DNA of 64,000 bases from Eledone cirrhosa (taxonomy: Eukaryota), in assembly GCA_964016885.1 (NCBI GenBank), contig OZ024750.1:35526001-35590000 (forward strand). Direction: 5' to 3'. Position numbers and translations under genes: made by a program. A model generated the notes under the pieces. That model did no database searches and was not told where the DNA came from. It saw only the letters and a list, made by a program, of their open reading frames with translations. Of this stretch, positions 47,670 to 60,795 are shown piece by piece; the stretch's first letter is position 1, and every line of letters starts with the position of its first letter.

Positions 47670-48041
47670 ATTTATATTGTGCATCATTATTGCTTTACTC
47701 AGCACAGCTCTGTGTGCCTTGGGTATGTGCAGTGTTGTTTCTATTGTATTGATAGTACTTTTCGTTATATGTGCAATGCCTAGTAGTATCTGTGTTTTTT
47801 TTATCATTCCTAGAGTACCTATTATTATAAGGCTTTTTTCTGTTTTCATTTTCCACATTCCAGTTATTTCTATCTTTAGATCTTTATATTTGGACAGTTT
47901 CTCTATTTCCTTGGAAGATATATTGTCATCTGTGGGGATAGATACAACTTTTAGAAGGCATTCTTTTCCTTTGTGGTCTTTGACTATGATATCTGGTCAG
48001 TTGGCCTTGATCTCTTTTTGTCTGTATGTATTGGCATATCC
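47670..48041 (-). mobile_element. R4/Dong-like LINE 3' end adjoining (TAA)n
   Basis: IKAN*PDIIVKDHKGKECLL...EKLSKYKDLKIEITGMWKMKT...IIIGTLG; (TAA)n at 48042-48096. Confidence 0.88.
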
Positions 48042-48096
<55 letters not shown>

Positions 48097-51075
48097 GAAA
48101 GAGCCACAGAAGCTCAAATTCAAAAGGCTTTGGGGCCAGTTTGGACCCCAAAAATTTATATTCAAAGAGGCAGAGGTTTCGGCACAGTGGAAGTGAGATT
48201 TAACACCAAAGAAGAGGCAAAATCTCACTTCCTCAAGCCCCTAAAAATTGAGGAAATTCTGCTAATCCCATTCTACTGTGGAAATGAGATTGGTAAGAAT
48301 TAAATTAAACCAAATACCACCGGAAATAGACATTTCTTGGCTATTAGCCACTGTAACGGTCGGTAAACATTAAGGAGAACACAAAAATCCTTGATGTTTA
48401 CCAAACAAGCAAAGACAATTGGTCGACGATGGCAATGGAAATTTTACTGCAAACCACACACAAAAGAAATGTAGATGCCATCCCTGAATATTTATACCTT
48501 TCAGGCGGTATAATATTAACCATAAAAATTGAAGGGCAAAAATCTAGATGTCATATCTGCCTCTCCACAAAACACCTGAGAGCACACTGCCCTTCCCTAA
48601 AAACAAAAATAAAGAAACCACTGCTCCTACCAACACCAAAAACCACCACAACAAATACTACTAGAAGACAAACACCAAATAAAATAACACCAACACCAGT
48701 AGCCACCAAGTCCAACACAGAAAAAGTTGTCACCAACAACAACACCAACACCCGTAATAGACAAGCCACTCCCCGACGATACACATAACGACAAGTGGCA
48801 AACAGTGGGTTCTCCCAAAACAAAGAAATAAAAATAAAAATTCTCCGTCTTCACCCTCAAAAAAGAGAAAGCGAAAGAGCAAAAAAAATCCTAAAAGCTG
48901 TAGGGTACCCCCCCCCCCCCGAAAACCACATCACCATCACCACCACAAACATCCACACAGCCAACACTACAACAATTCTTCAATGCTAAATACGAAGGCT
49001 GCGTGGTCAGATCTAAGGCTCTTAGATACGAGGGGACGAAAGCCGTTCAGTGGGCCAGTGTGGCAGAGGCATGCCATGGCAACAAAGCCACAATTCAATC
49101 TAATGAACACTAGGATGGTTGCATGACACTCGATCCCAAGTAGATGTGTGTGCTTTTCAACAACACTTTGCCCGACTGTTCAGGAGCAGTGGCAGGCCGG
49201 ACTGCGAGATTGACTTCACAACCTATCTCAACGGCCTGCCGCAGCTGTCGGTGACAGAGGCAGAGTGTTGCGAAAAGCCAATAACAGCCGTTGAGATACA
49301 GGAGGCATTAGCTGACTGCATGAGGGGAAAATCGCCTAGATTAGATGGTCTGCCCTACAAGTTTTATGTTTATATGCCAGACTTGTTTTGTGACCTCTTG
49401 GGAGATGTCTACTGCAACTGGCAGCAGAATGGGAGAATCCCCTGTTCTGTGAGCTGTGGAGTGGTGGAACTGGTGAGAAAAGACCTGAACAAGGGGGGAC
49501 AATATAAATAACTTTAGGTCCATAACTCTGCTGAATGCAGAGTTCAAAATTTTGACCAAGGTCTCAGCAATGAGGTTGGCACTTGTCGTTGGTGGTCTGG
49601 TAGGGGAGGCACAGACATGTGCTATTCCCAAGAGATCCATCCACGACAACCTCCATCTCATGTGATACATCATAGAAAGGGTAGCTAAAGAACCTGGCAT
49701 GGGTGGGGCACTGATGAATTTGGATCAATCTAAAGCATTTGATAGGGGCGTTCCAGAAATGAGCTGAGAGGAAGCTGTCCCTGAAAGGTAGGGCAGAGGT
49801 GGAAAACACATTCATTGCATCCGTCATCTACGACCACTTGACCGTCGTACCTTGTCCCAAACAATGTTTTCTTACACTGGAGCATTTCCTCTTCTATTTC
49901 TTGTGGAAAGGACACGTTCCTATGGTCAGGCGGTCCACCTGCTGTCAACAGCTCCTGCGTGGAGGACTCGGAAAGCCGTGGCTAATGATGTGCAGTCATG
50001 CGTTGAGACTACAACATCTCTTCCTAAAGGGTGAACAGGTGTGGTCAATGTTCACCAGATGCATGTTGCCCCAGCTCGTATCCTTAACGGAGACTGAGGG
50101 AGAGTGCTTGGAAACTGGAATGTCTCCAGGTGCTTACATCCTTCAACAATTGGGCAATATGATTGGTGGAAACACCACCTTGGCATTCTATAGAGGGTTA
50201 GTGGCAGATAAAAGCGATGATATTCTTAGGGAAACTCTAGACATTGACAAAAATCAACTAGCCGTTCTTTTTGGAAGGACTTTTTGTCCAGTGCCCATGG
50301 ATAATTTCCAGAAATCCCAGGCATGGCAGTGCTACCGAGGAGTTTTGCCAGTTCGAGATAAACTCCACAGACATGGAAGTGCCGTCAGCTGGGCTTATCC
50401 GAGAAGCATGCAAGGGGACGAAACCATCCTGAATGTAATCGTCCAGTGTCCGAGCATTGCTGACTTGTGGGTTTATGTCGAACACCTTCTGTCATGTATA
50501 GGACAAATTCGGTTATCAACCGAGTCCATTGTGAAGATTGTCCCACCGCCTTCTTTAGTCAGTTTTTATGTCTTGTGGCCATGGCGAAAGAGGTTGTATG
50601 GTAGACACGCTTGAAAGGTTTGAAGAAGAGCACTTTGCTCTTTGGAGAAGCCCTGATTAACTTCTACAGATTCCACTTGAGGACGAAAATAAGGGTAGAG
50701 AGAGAAGTGCTGCCTTCAAAGCAATTTGTTGAAAAGTGGGTGAGAGAAGTGAGCAAGGCCTGAGTGAAAGGGCCCACTCTGAGTTTACACTTGTAGATTG
50801 GAGGAGTACAACTGGGAGAAGGCACTCGCCCTAAAGATCAGAACATCCGTGGTTTTATGGGGTTTGACTCTCGAACATCATCTTCCTATTGAGGAACCTT
50901 CTTTGTTTTAATTTTATCTTTTTTTTAACATTTTAAAAATTTGTTTATATGCAAAACCCACACATCAACACACACATACACACTGTTTTCATCCTGTACA
51001 CACACTGTTTCATCCTGTACTGTCATAATGTTTTTTCTTGATGTGGACCCTTTGTGGTTAATAAAGAAATCATTA
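48097..51075 (+). mobile_element. Tx1/L1-type LINE, decayed with internal deletions (ORF1, RT pieces, C-terminal Zn finger, 3' UTR)
   Basis: ORF1 CCHC knuckle CHICLSTKHLRAHC; KSPRLDGLPYKFY, NFRSITLLNAEFKIL, LDQSKAFDR; FQKSQAWQCYRG; ends gtggttaataaagaaatc. Confidence 0.92.
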
Positions 51076-51551
51076 TCATTATTATTATTATGGAATGTTG
51101 GGAATGGTGGATTGGAAGAATCATTAGAGAAATGAAAGAAAAAATAAAAAGACTTTGCAACATTTTCTTGTTCTTCCTGTTCTGTGTTCAAATTTTTGTC
51201 TTTCATCATTCTTACAGGATCAATAAATAAATCTTTAAGTAGTCTTTAAGTAGTCACCAGCATAATACTTCTAAAATTATTCATATTGTTATAAGAACAA
51301 CAAGATATTCTGCTTTGAATTAGTTTCCTCGTCTCTTTTGATGAAAGGATTGTTACCCTGAAATATTAAGGACTATAAAACAATTCTATGATAATCTAAC
51401 ATCTTTGTTCTCATTACCAGTAATACACTGGGATAATTGCTGGCCTTGTGCCAAAAATAGAAACAATTATATCTAACATTTTATGCCCCCTTTGCTTTGT
51501 GTAGTTTTCTAATAAAGCTTGTAGCTTAGTGGTTGATTTACACTTTAAAAA

Positions 51552-51742
51552 AATAATTGTTTCTACTTTTGGCACAAGGCCAGCAATTACCCAGTACATT
51601 ACTGGTACTTTATTTTATCGACTCCATAAGGATGAAAGGCAAAGTTAACCTCGGCGGGATTTGAACTCAGAATGGCAAGGGCCGTAACTCTATGCGTCAA
51701 AGCATGGCGTCCGACCCGCTACTGATACTGCCAATTCACCGC
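51552..51742 (-). mobile_element. SINE family A
   Basis: reverse copy, TSD cactttaaaaaaa. Confidence 0.92.
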
Positions 51743-51823
51743 TCCTTTAAAACCACACTTTAAAAAAATAATAATTGCTGGCCTTGTGTCTAAATTTGAA
51801 TCCATTATTCTAGAATACTTCCA

Positions 51824-52030
51824 GGGCAGTGGATTGGCAGAATCGGTAGAGCGTTGGACACCATGCTTTGCAAGCATAGAGTTACGGTCTGAGTTGAAAT
51901 CCCACCAATGTTATCTTCGCCTTTCGTCCTTACAGGAACGATAAAATAAAGTACCAGTAATGCACTGGGGTTGATTTAATCGACTTTCCTCTCCCCTAAA
52001 ATTGTTGGCCTTGTGTCTAAATCAGAAACC
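51824..52030 (+). mobile_element. SINE family A, older long subfamily
   Basis: gggcagtggattggcagaatcgg...gccttgtgtctaaa. Confidence 0.8.
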
Positions 52031-52171
52031 TTTATTCTGAAATGCTTCAGAGGAAAAGTTAAGGAGTTTCAGTTTTGCAAACTCAGTAGTTGGAGAGTTT
52101 GTATCCCCCCTCCCCTCCTCCTCCTTCTTGCTGCTGTTGTATTTTCTGTTTATAAAAAAGGGATTTTCAGT

Positions 52172-52330
52172 CATCATCATCACCATTTAGTATCTATTTC
52201 CCATGCTTGCATGTATTAGACAGCTGTCATATGCTGGGGCCAGACTGTTCAGGTAACTAGGTACTGCTCATATCTTTGTTTTGGCTTTGTCTCTACAGCT
52301 GGATGTCCATCCTAATGCCAACCATTTTAC
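52172..52330 (-). mobile_element. RTE-type SINE tail, diverged
   Basis: (CAT)n...ccatgcttgcatg...ctacagctggatg. Confidence 0.7.
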
Positions 52331-52491
52331 ACTCATTTGTAAATAAAACTAAAATCTTAAATTTCACTTGCTGAAGCTGAAAAAGAATGATAAAGAGTAT
52401 AAACTTGGTCACTAATTATATATGTGTAAAGACACTGGTGTGGGGGCTGTCACTGTGACATATGTACAACTGTGTTTATTGAAACTATTAA

Positions 52492-52711
52492 CCCTTTAAT
52501 GTTCAAACCGGCCAAAACCGGCCAGAATTCTCAACCTTTTTCTGTTGAAACTGGCTGTAACTGGTCACTCATACTGATGTTAAGGTATTGTTCTCAAAAT
52601 AAATACTTTCAAAATCTCATAGATTCGATATTATGTGAGATAATTATGTGAGGTAAAGCTTTTACTATGAAAATATAATAGTAAATATAAAATAATGTGA
52701 ATGCTAAAGGG
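52492..52711 (-). mobile_element. piggyBac-type MITE
   Basis: TTAA-CCCTTTAA...CTAAAGGG-TTAA. Confidence 0.93.
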
Positions 52712-53216
52712 TTAAACACAAACAGGCATAATTAATAATTTAAAAAAAAGTGAGATTATTTTAAGCTGTAGACATGCATTGAAGCATACTTTTCTGCATG
52801 AAACATTTATCTAATTTAAGTATAATAGCACATTAAAATCTTGGTGTTAACATAAGCAGTTATCACATATTGAAGTTGACTAAATACCATGATTATAACA
52901 AGCCAATATGTCAAGTAGCTGGAATGAATACTAAAATTTATTTGAATCGATTCTTATTTGCCTGTATTCTAATACTTTAAGTAGTCACCAGCATAATACT
53001 TCTCAAATGATTCAGATTGTTATAAGAACAATACAAGATACCCTGCTTTGAATTAGTTTCCTCAACTCTTCTTTTGATGAAGGGATTGTTTTCCTGAAAT
53101 ATTAAGGACTATAAAACAACTCCATGGTAACATTCCAACATCTTTGTTTTCATTATATTTAACATTTTACATTTTACATTTTACATTCCCTTTTCTTTGT
53201 TGTAGTCTTCTAATAA

Positions 53217-53360
53217 AGCATGTAACTTAGTGGTTAGGGTATTCAGTTCATGATCATAAGGTCACAAGTTTGATTCCCAGTGGCGTGTTGTGTCCTTGAA
53301 CAAGACACTTTATTTAACATTGCACCAGTCCACTCAGCTGTCAAAAATGAGTTGTACCTG
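53217..53360 (+). mobile_element. SINE family B-related, old
   Basis: cttagtggttaggg...gtgtccttgaacaagacacttt...cactcagctg. Confidence 0.75.
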
Positions 53361-54453
53361 TAATTTGAACAGCCGGCTTTGTTACATTCTATGTCATTCT
53401 AGATTTTGCTGAGAACTATGTTATGGGTATATATGTATCTGTGGAATGCTCAGTCATTTGCAAGTTAATTGCTCGAGCAAGCTGTTCTGTTGATCATATC
53501 AACTGAAACGCTTGTCATCGTAACATATTACATGCCAGTTAAGTTACATCTTCTAATGAAATATTATTTTCTACACATTCTAATTACCTCAGTTGTTATT
53601 ATTTAGCCCTGGGTCAGCCTTGATTGAGCAAACTTATAATCAAAAATATTAAAACCATGTCCATCTGATTCTTGAAATATATATTGTATGTAGGACTACC
53701 TTATCTTGTGCCCTTTTCTTCTTAAGATTGTAGGGTGTGCCTTGAGGAAGATTTAACTGCCTTTTATAGCAGATTTATCAACCACATTGTGGTTGCCTCA
53801 CTGACTCCTGTTAGTTTTTGTAGCTATGTTACCTACTCTACCTATACACATATTGTTAATATATTATTACAAGTATTATTTGTAATTTATGAGCAGAAGG
53901 TAATTCTAATTGTGATAATTTAAAATTTCAGTAGATTTTAAAATTTTGGCCATCTCTTCATAAAACTACAGGTTTAAGCATTGATGTAATGTTGCCATCA
54001 AATAGATTATCAACCTTTTTTATAGTAATGAATTAAATTTTTAGTGTGGTAGTGAATGGATAAGAAAAGAGAAAAAAGATTTCACAGTTACAAACATTAA
54101 TAGATGAAGACAAAGAGCAGAAAGCTAATTTGATCAAGGACCCTATAGAAATAGTCTTCTTTAATCAACTAATGACAGAGAAATCTGGCTTGTTATTAAC
54201 TTTTAAATGAATTTTGTGTGCTTTGCTTTTCTTTGTTTTTGATTTTATAATTATTGAAAATGAATGTTAATTCTTCCAAAGTTGTATTAATGCTACACCA
54301 AATCCCATGGCCTCAATATTAAACTGAGAAATGGAAACTAATAATGAAGGGATTGAATTTAATGGCAGTGCACATGATGGAGGTTATAATCGCTAGAGAA
54401 CAGTGTTAGAGTGAGTAAATTTAGTTGTAATTACACTAGTGTTAGTATTTTAA

Positions 54454-54695
54454 CCCTTTAGCATTTAAACCGGCCAGAATTCTCTCACCTCTTACTGTTC
54501 AAACTGGCCATATCCAGCCAGAATTCTCTCACCTCTTTCTATTCAAACCAGCCATAACTGGCTGCTGATACTGATGTTAAGGTATTGTTCTCAAAATAGA
54601 TAATATCAAAATCTCATAGATTCGATATTATGTGAGATAAAGCCTTTTCTGTGAAAATACAATAGTAAATATAGAGTAATGTAAATGCTAAAGGG
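54454..54695 (-). mobile_element. piggyBac-type MITE with internal duplication
   Basis: TTAA-CCCTTTAGC...GCTAAAGGG. Confidence 0.88.
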
Positions 54696-55730
54696 ATGAT
54701 ATGTTACTTATTGTCTAAATCTTCAGGTTAGCTAAATATTTTAATGCTATAGTCTATGAAGATCCATGTATAGAAGAGAATAAATCGGCAACCTTCATTT
54801 ATATTGGATTCATGTGAGAAGAATGGTAAACAATAAATGACACATAGTTTGCATAGAATAAATAATTCATATAACATTGAATTTAGTATGATAACACCTT
54901 TTAGAATGTTCATGTTCAAGTAAAGATTATCTTGTTTGCTACAGATGGAAACCTATTAAGAATTTCTTTGAACAACTGTTTTATTTTAGTTCTGTGACAT
55001 AAAATTATATTCCATCTAGTTTATTCCTTAAAGTCAGGCTGTAAAATAGCCGCTTGAATGAAAAGATTAAGGAATGAATAACTGCTTTGCTAATCTACTG
55101 CATTATTTTCTATTATCATGTCACATAGAGAAAATAGAGTCTTTGTGTTGAGAGAACAGAAAACATCCATCCATCAATGTTTATTTCTTCCAGTTGGAGG
55201 TGTGCTTATTGGAATCAGAAATCTCTTAACATATACAATCTTTACTCTCTTGTATTAATGTGCAATGCACCAATGACTCATCTAGTGTGATAGAAATAGT
55301 ATTAACCTTAAATCGGTTGTCTTCTGAAGCAATGAATTAATGCATTATATATGCATATCTTATACAATTCAATAACATTGAATACAAATTCAGTTATTTT
55401 GACAACAATTTCAGTGATAAATTATAATATACAATTTTTCTGTTTGGAATTTCAAAATTTTTTTTTATTTAACATAGTAACTCTAAATTCATAAAATTAT
55501 AAATGTTTTTAAATCAGTGAAAATAAATCCCAGTTAGAAGATAATGAATAAATGTGATAAAAATAAACTAATACAATAGCTATTTGTTTATAATTGGTTG
55601 GATCCACTTTTAATAAAACCACACAAAATCATTCTGTTTCAAATACTTTTAATGTGTGCATTAAAGCTTTAAATTCTTACTGCAAGATTTTAATTTGAAG
55701 CAATAAAAAATGTGACTGATGATCTCTTAA

Positions 55731-55938
55731 CCCTTTACCATTAACATTATTCTATATATATTATTGTATTTTCACGATAATGGCTTTACCTCACATAATA
55801 TCGAATCTATAAGATTTTGAAATTGTTTATTTTGAGAACAATACCTTAATGTCAGTATGAGTGGCCGGTTATGGCCAGTTCGAGCAGAAAGAGGTGAGAG
55901 AATTCTGGCTGGATATAGCTGGTTTAAATTCTAAAGGG
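55731..55938 (+). mobile_element. piggyBac-type MITE
   Basis: TTAA-CCCTTTA...TAAAGGG-TTAA. Confidence 0.92.
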
Positions 55939-56299
55939 TTAAAGCTTTAAATGCTTGCTGCAAGATTTTAATTTGAAGTAATTAAAAAGGTAACTGATGA
56001 TATCTTAAAAGTCAATAATAGTTTCGTTGTATATGAAACATTGTTCCACCTTCTGAAATATGAAACAGAAACTATTGCAGTTATACATAAAATATTACAA
56101 TTTGTTGTTTGTTTTTCAATTATTTAGATGTATATTTAATGTGATAGGATTTTGGAATTTTATAATTTTATTAATTTAATTTTATTTTATTTTATGGAAT
56201 TTTTTTTTCCTCCTTTTGAGGAAATGTTGCACATGTTTGGATTCCTTCATATATCAGGATACATATCTTTTGAGGGGAAGTGAGAGACAAGATTAGTGA

Positions 56300-56560
56300 A
56301 GTTAGGGAGGGGTGGGGTAAATTTAAGAGAGAGAGGGGGAAGAGAGAGGGAGAAAGCTAGAGACAAGATTGGTGAAGTGGGGAGTAAATTTATGAGAGAG
56401 TGAAAGACAAAGAAAGAATGAGTGAAAGAAAGAGAGAAGGGGTGAAGTGAGAGAGAGGGGGAGAGGGAAGAGAGATATAGAGATAGATAGATAGATAAAT
56501 AGCAAGCGATAGAGAGAATAAGAGAGAGGAGGAAGAGAAAGAGAGAGAGGAGGAGTGTGA
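56300..56560. repeat. GA-rich low-complexity tract
   Basis: direct inspection. Confidence 0.85.
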
Positions 56561-57500
56561 GTGTGTTCCCAAGAGATGACTGGAATGTCATTAGGTTTAG
56601 TTAGTTTGTGGCTTTAAATAACAAATGAATGTGCAGGCTTTCCTGCATTTCACATAGAGTAATAATAAGGAGGAAAGGAAGTCAGTCTAAGCAGGGGATG
56701 TATTAAATGAATTCAAGATGGAGAAGGAAAAGTAAGCAGATATGGTGACTGGTTGTAGTGTTACTACTGTCTGGGCGAGGAAAGGTGGGGAAAAATAATT
56801 TGGAGAAATTGGAGGAAATAGTTTTGGCAATTGATCAGAATGCCTGACTGTAATTATATACAGGGCTGAGACTTTACAATCTGTAGATTGCTGTTCTGAA
56901 ATATATAGTTTGTCTACAATTACAAGATTAGAAATTGAAGCTAACAAAACTTTTGTCAGTCATATAATACTGACATATTTCCTACAGCCAGTGCAACCCT
57001 TCACAGTTTCTCTGTGTAACTAGATTGATTTAAACATTGAAATTTAAGTACTTTAACTATAAGTATCATATATAACTACACTGTTGTACATTTTAGATGT
57101 GTTAAGAAAAAATATACGTAGATTTTTTTTTTGTTCTTTACTTGTTCCAAACAATCTTTATTAGTGACCAATTGTCATTCCATTTTCGAAATGTCTTTGT
57201 CTAAATGAAAGTTTCTGCTTCTAAAGCAAAGAATTAATTTAATATCGAGATAGAAGATAATTTGAAACGGTGATATATATGTCTGATACTCGTTTATATT
57301 ACTGTAACATCATATAATATCCAAATAATTAGACTTTCAATGGACCTTTATACAATATACTTAACGCAGTGATAGGGTGATCTATGATGTCTGTAAAGTG
57401 TAATCAGCAAATAAAATAAGTCTGTGAAGTTTGCCAATAAAACATTAATCTTCAAAAATAGTAAATAATATAAAGAAAACAAACTAGGTTTTTTTAACAG

Positions 57501-57646
57501 GATATAAACATTTTCCAATCAGTAAATGAAAATATCCATTCTGAAAATCCCACGTGTCTGGTATTGGTTTTCAACTTACTATCTATTTTATATTTCTTTA
57601 TGATACCTATGTTCCTCAAGATTACAATACAATGATAAATTTCAAG
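57501..57646 (+). other. Candidate exon, possibly containing a start codon (ATG ATA AAT TTC AAG|gt)
   Basis: tttttttaaCAG acceptor, AAG|GTAAGA donor, ATG at 57632 with A at -3. Confidence 0.3.
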
Positions 57647-58809
57647 GTAAGAAATTGAAGAATATGTTCAAGGTAATCAAGGGTTGACAGTTTGACTTAG
57701 TAATAAGTTAATTGATTCAAATAGGTGTGAACATTCTCAGTTTTGTTAAATCTGAAAGTTGTTTTAGTCTGAAGTAAGAAATCAGTCACCAGAACTTAAT
57801 AGCTTTCACTTAAACCTTAATACTCATTTCAGATTTATTAGACACTGAAAGGAAATTTCTACTTTCAATATACATTAATTTTCAAGTGGTTTTCTTTTAC
57901 AAATAATTTTTTTAGTTTGCTGATTATTTGGTTCATTGATTTCTTCTGAAGAATATTTTCAATAAAAACTGGTTTATTCATAATTTATATGGTAGTTGTA
58001 CATATGTACTGGCTTTGATCGTTTATTTTAAGTATATTTTCCTTGATAATCAACTATTATATTATATTACACAAAATCACATGACATCGTTCTCAAAGTA
58101 GTAAAATACACTAAACTATAATACAACTAAAACACCATAAAACAAACCCTTTATGAAATCTGATTGTTTGAAAAAGGCATCAAGTTGGTTTTTGTTTTGT
58201 TTTTTAGCTAAAAGAGTTACTCAAAATGTGAGATTTTTTAGTTATTTTCTTATTCTTTTATTTACAGTCGATTAACTAACATCTATACATATTTAACATC
58301 AAATTTATTTTCCTTTCTGGTGATTTAGTAATTTGTCTTTATGGATTATCTAACTACCCCTGGGTAAAGTTATGTTAGCTGTTTCAATAGTTTAAATCCC
58401 CATTAGGTTTATTAATGGAGTTTATTATATCAATAATGCAAAACAAACAAGTTCTTATATCTTTGATGGCTTCCAGAGTGATTATATGCAAATGAAAGAA
58501 ATGTTTGTGTTTTACCACAATCATAGAGGATTTTTATATCCTTCTACTAATATTTTTGATCTACTAACATGATCTTTGGTCAGAATTTGTAGCAGCTAAC
58601 AGCTTCCAAATATCTAAGTGCAATTTTAGCATAGCATTGGATAATACAGAAACATGAACACTCATTTCATTATCTATAGTCACAAATTTACAAATTCCTG
58701 AAACAAACTTCTTGTTCTTAATAACAAAAACTGAATTATATATATACCCTTGCAAGCAGGGAAGAGCGGACGTAAAATGATGATGATGATGATGATGATA
58801 TATATATAC

Positions 58810-59620
58810 CATCATTGTTTAATGTCCATCTTCCACGCTAGCATAGGTCAGATGGTTTTGTTCCATTTGATATGGGAATGGTTGGGAGACCGTGTCTCGC
58901 TCGTACGGAAGTATCTCTGGCAGGTTTTTTACAGCTGGATGCCCTCCCTAACACCAACCACATTTACAGTGTGGACTGTTGTGTCATCTACACAGTGGAG
59001 GGAACAGGAAACGGATGATGGGGTAGGGTGTGTGGGGTTGGTATACATTGGGTTAAGGGGTGCCTACTGACTGTAGGTTTGAATACAAGGGAAGGTGGGT
59101 CTTCTGTACAACTGCATGGCGCCAAAGATCTCGATCCAGTGTCATTGTCTTAGAGCGGTGTAAGTGAACAAGGTCAGTTTTTATCACCTCATCCCAGGTT
59201 TGTCTTGGTCTACCCACTCCTTAGCTTCCATCAATTTTCATTGCCCTGCACTTTTTTATACAGCTGTCATCCTTCATATGCATCACATGTCCATACCAAT
59301 GTAATCTCCTCTCCAGAACACAATATTTGATACCTCTTATGCTTAGTCTCTCTCTCAATTCATTTATGCTTCGCCTTTCGCACACATTACTATTACACAT
59401 CCAACGGAGCATGCAAGCTTTATTTCTTTCTAAACTATGCAAGTCTTCAGCACACAATACCCAGGTCTCACTACCATGTAATATCGCCGTAAAAACACCC
59501 CGAGCAGATACATTTTTCGCCTTTTACTACCATGTAATATCGCTGTTCATATACAAGCATCATACAATCTGCCTTTCACTTTTAGAGAAAAACCGCTTGT
59601 GCCAACAGCGGTACAGCTGG
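58810..59620 (-). mobile_element. RTE LINE 3' part plus tail
   Basis: LERNKACMLRWMCN...ERRLHWYGHVMHM...GRPRQTWDEVIK. Confidence 0.9.
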
Positions 59621-59671
59621 TCCTTCTGTTAAAACAGATATACATACAGAACTGTTTGTAAAATGACACTA

Positions 59672-59892
59672 GCATCACACATATGTGAAATTTACACTTC
59701 ACATATATGTGAATTTACACTTACACCACACATATGTGAATTTTACATTTACATCACACATATGTGAAATTTACACTACTCATAAATGTACACTTACAAC
59801 ATACATATGTGAAATTACACTTACACAAGTGATTACATGTACACCACACATGTAAAATTAGACTTACATATGTGTACACTTACACTACTCAT
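59672..59892. repeat. Degenerate ~28-bp tandem repeat (catcacacatatgtgaaatttacactta)
   Basis: ~8 diverged units. Confidence 0.8.
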
Positions 59893-60226
59893 GTTTATTT
59901 TATCACTTCAATTCCTTTGTTTCACTCACATCATCACTGATAGTTATTGATATTTACAATATAGTTTCCTAGTTTTTTTACTCTATAATATTCAACATCA
60001 TTTTATCTCTTTAAAAATTCAATATGGCCTGTCCAATTCAATTTTAATCTCGCCATAAAAATGTTGGTTATATAAATTATTATGTTTTCCTAATCTAAAA
60101 ATATAAAACTTGCTTCTTAGCAGTCATTGCTTGCTTGACTGCTGTCAGAAATAAGCCATCAGTGTTAGCAGATGAAATTAGATGCATGTGACCCAGTTTA
60201 AAAAAGAAATGGATAAAGAAAATTAA

Positions 60227-60432
60227 CCATTTAGTATTTACATTACTCTATATTTACTATTGTATTTTTATGGTAAAGGCTTTATCTCTCATAATATCAA
60301 AGCAATGAGATTTTGATGTTATTTATTTTGAGAACAGTACCTTAACATTAGTATGAGCAACTGATTACAGCTGGTTTGAACAGAAAGAGGTGAGAGAATT
60401 CTGGCCGGATGCAGCTGGTTTAAATGCTGGTT
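60227..60432 (+). mobile_element. piggyBac-type MITE, diverged
   Basis: homologous to 24698-24917. Confidence 0.8.
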
Positions 60433-60504
60433 TAAGTAGAAAAACAATATAAACTTGTAAGAATTTTTGAATAGAAATTTTATATATTCATTTAAAAAAA
60501 AATT

Positions 60505-60795
60505 AAGTTATTGTTATATTTGGGGAGGGTCATGTAATCCCAATATTGCCTAAAATAATAATAAAACACACCCACTGTTTGGTTTGGTTTTTGCTTCAGT
60601 ATATTTTTGTATTTTTATTAATAATTTAGCTGGCAATCAATATTTATCATTGATTGTCCAAAAGTTAAAAATATAAATATAATTTCTTAAAGTTCTTTTG
60701 TCACACATATTTGTGGCGGCATGTTCAGACCCTCTCCAAATATAACAATATCTGTTTCAACACACAATTTCCTATTGAAAACCTTGCAAAACAAA
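60505..60795 (-). mobile_element. PLE-like terminal fragment with decayed hammerhead (60689-60728) and inverted partial copy (60728-60795)
   Basis: minus strand CTGAACA...GCCACA..TGTGAC-AAAA-GAAC-TT; homologous to 19180-19436. Confidence 0.6.

Noticed and set aside
47677-48303. 208-aa hydrophobic ORF (membrane-protein-like)
   Set aside because: Chimera of antisense R4 sequence, (ATT)n and the start of Tx1 ORF1.
58564-58740. Minus-strand ORF GICKFVTIDNEMSVHV as a terminal exon
   Set aside because: Weak acceptor, no recognisable homology, and a length compatible with chance.
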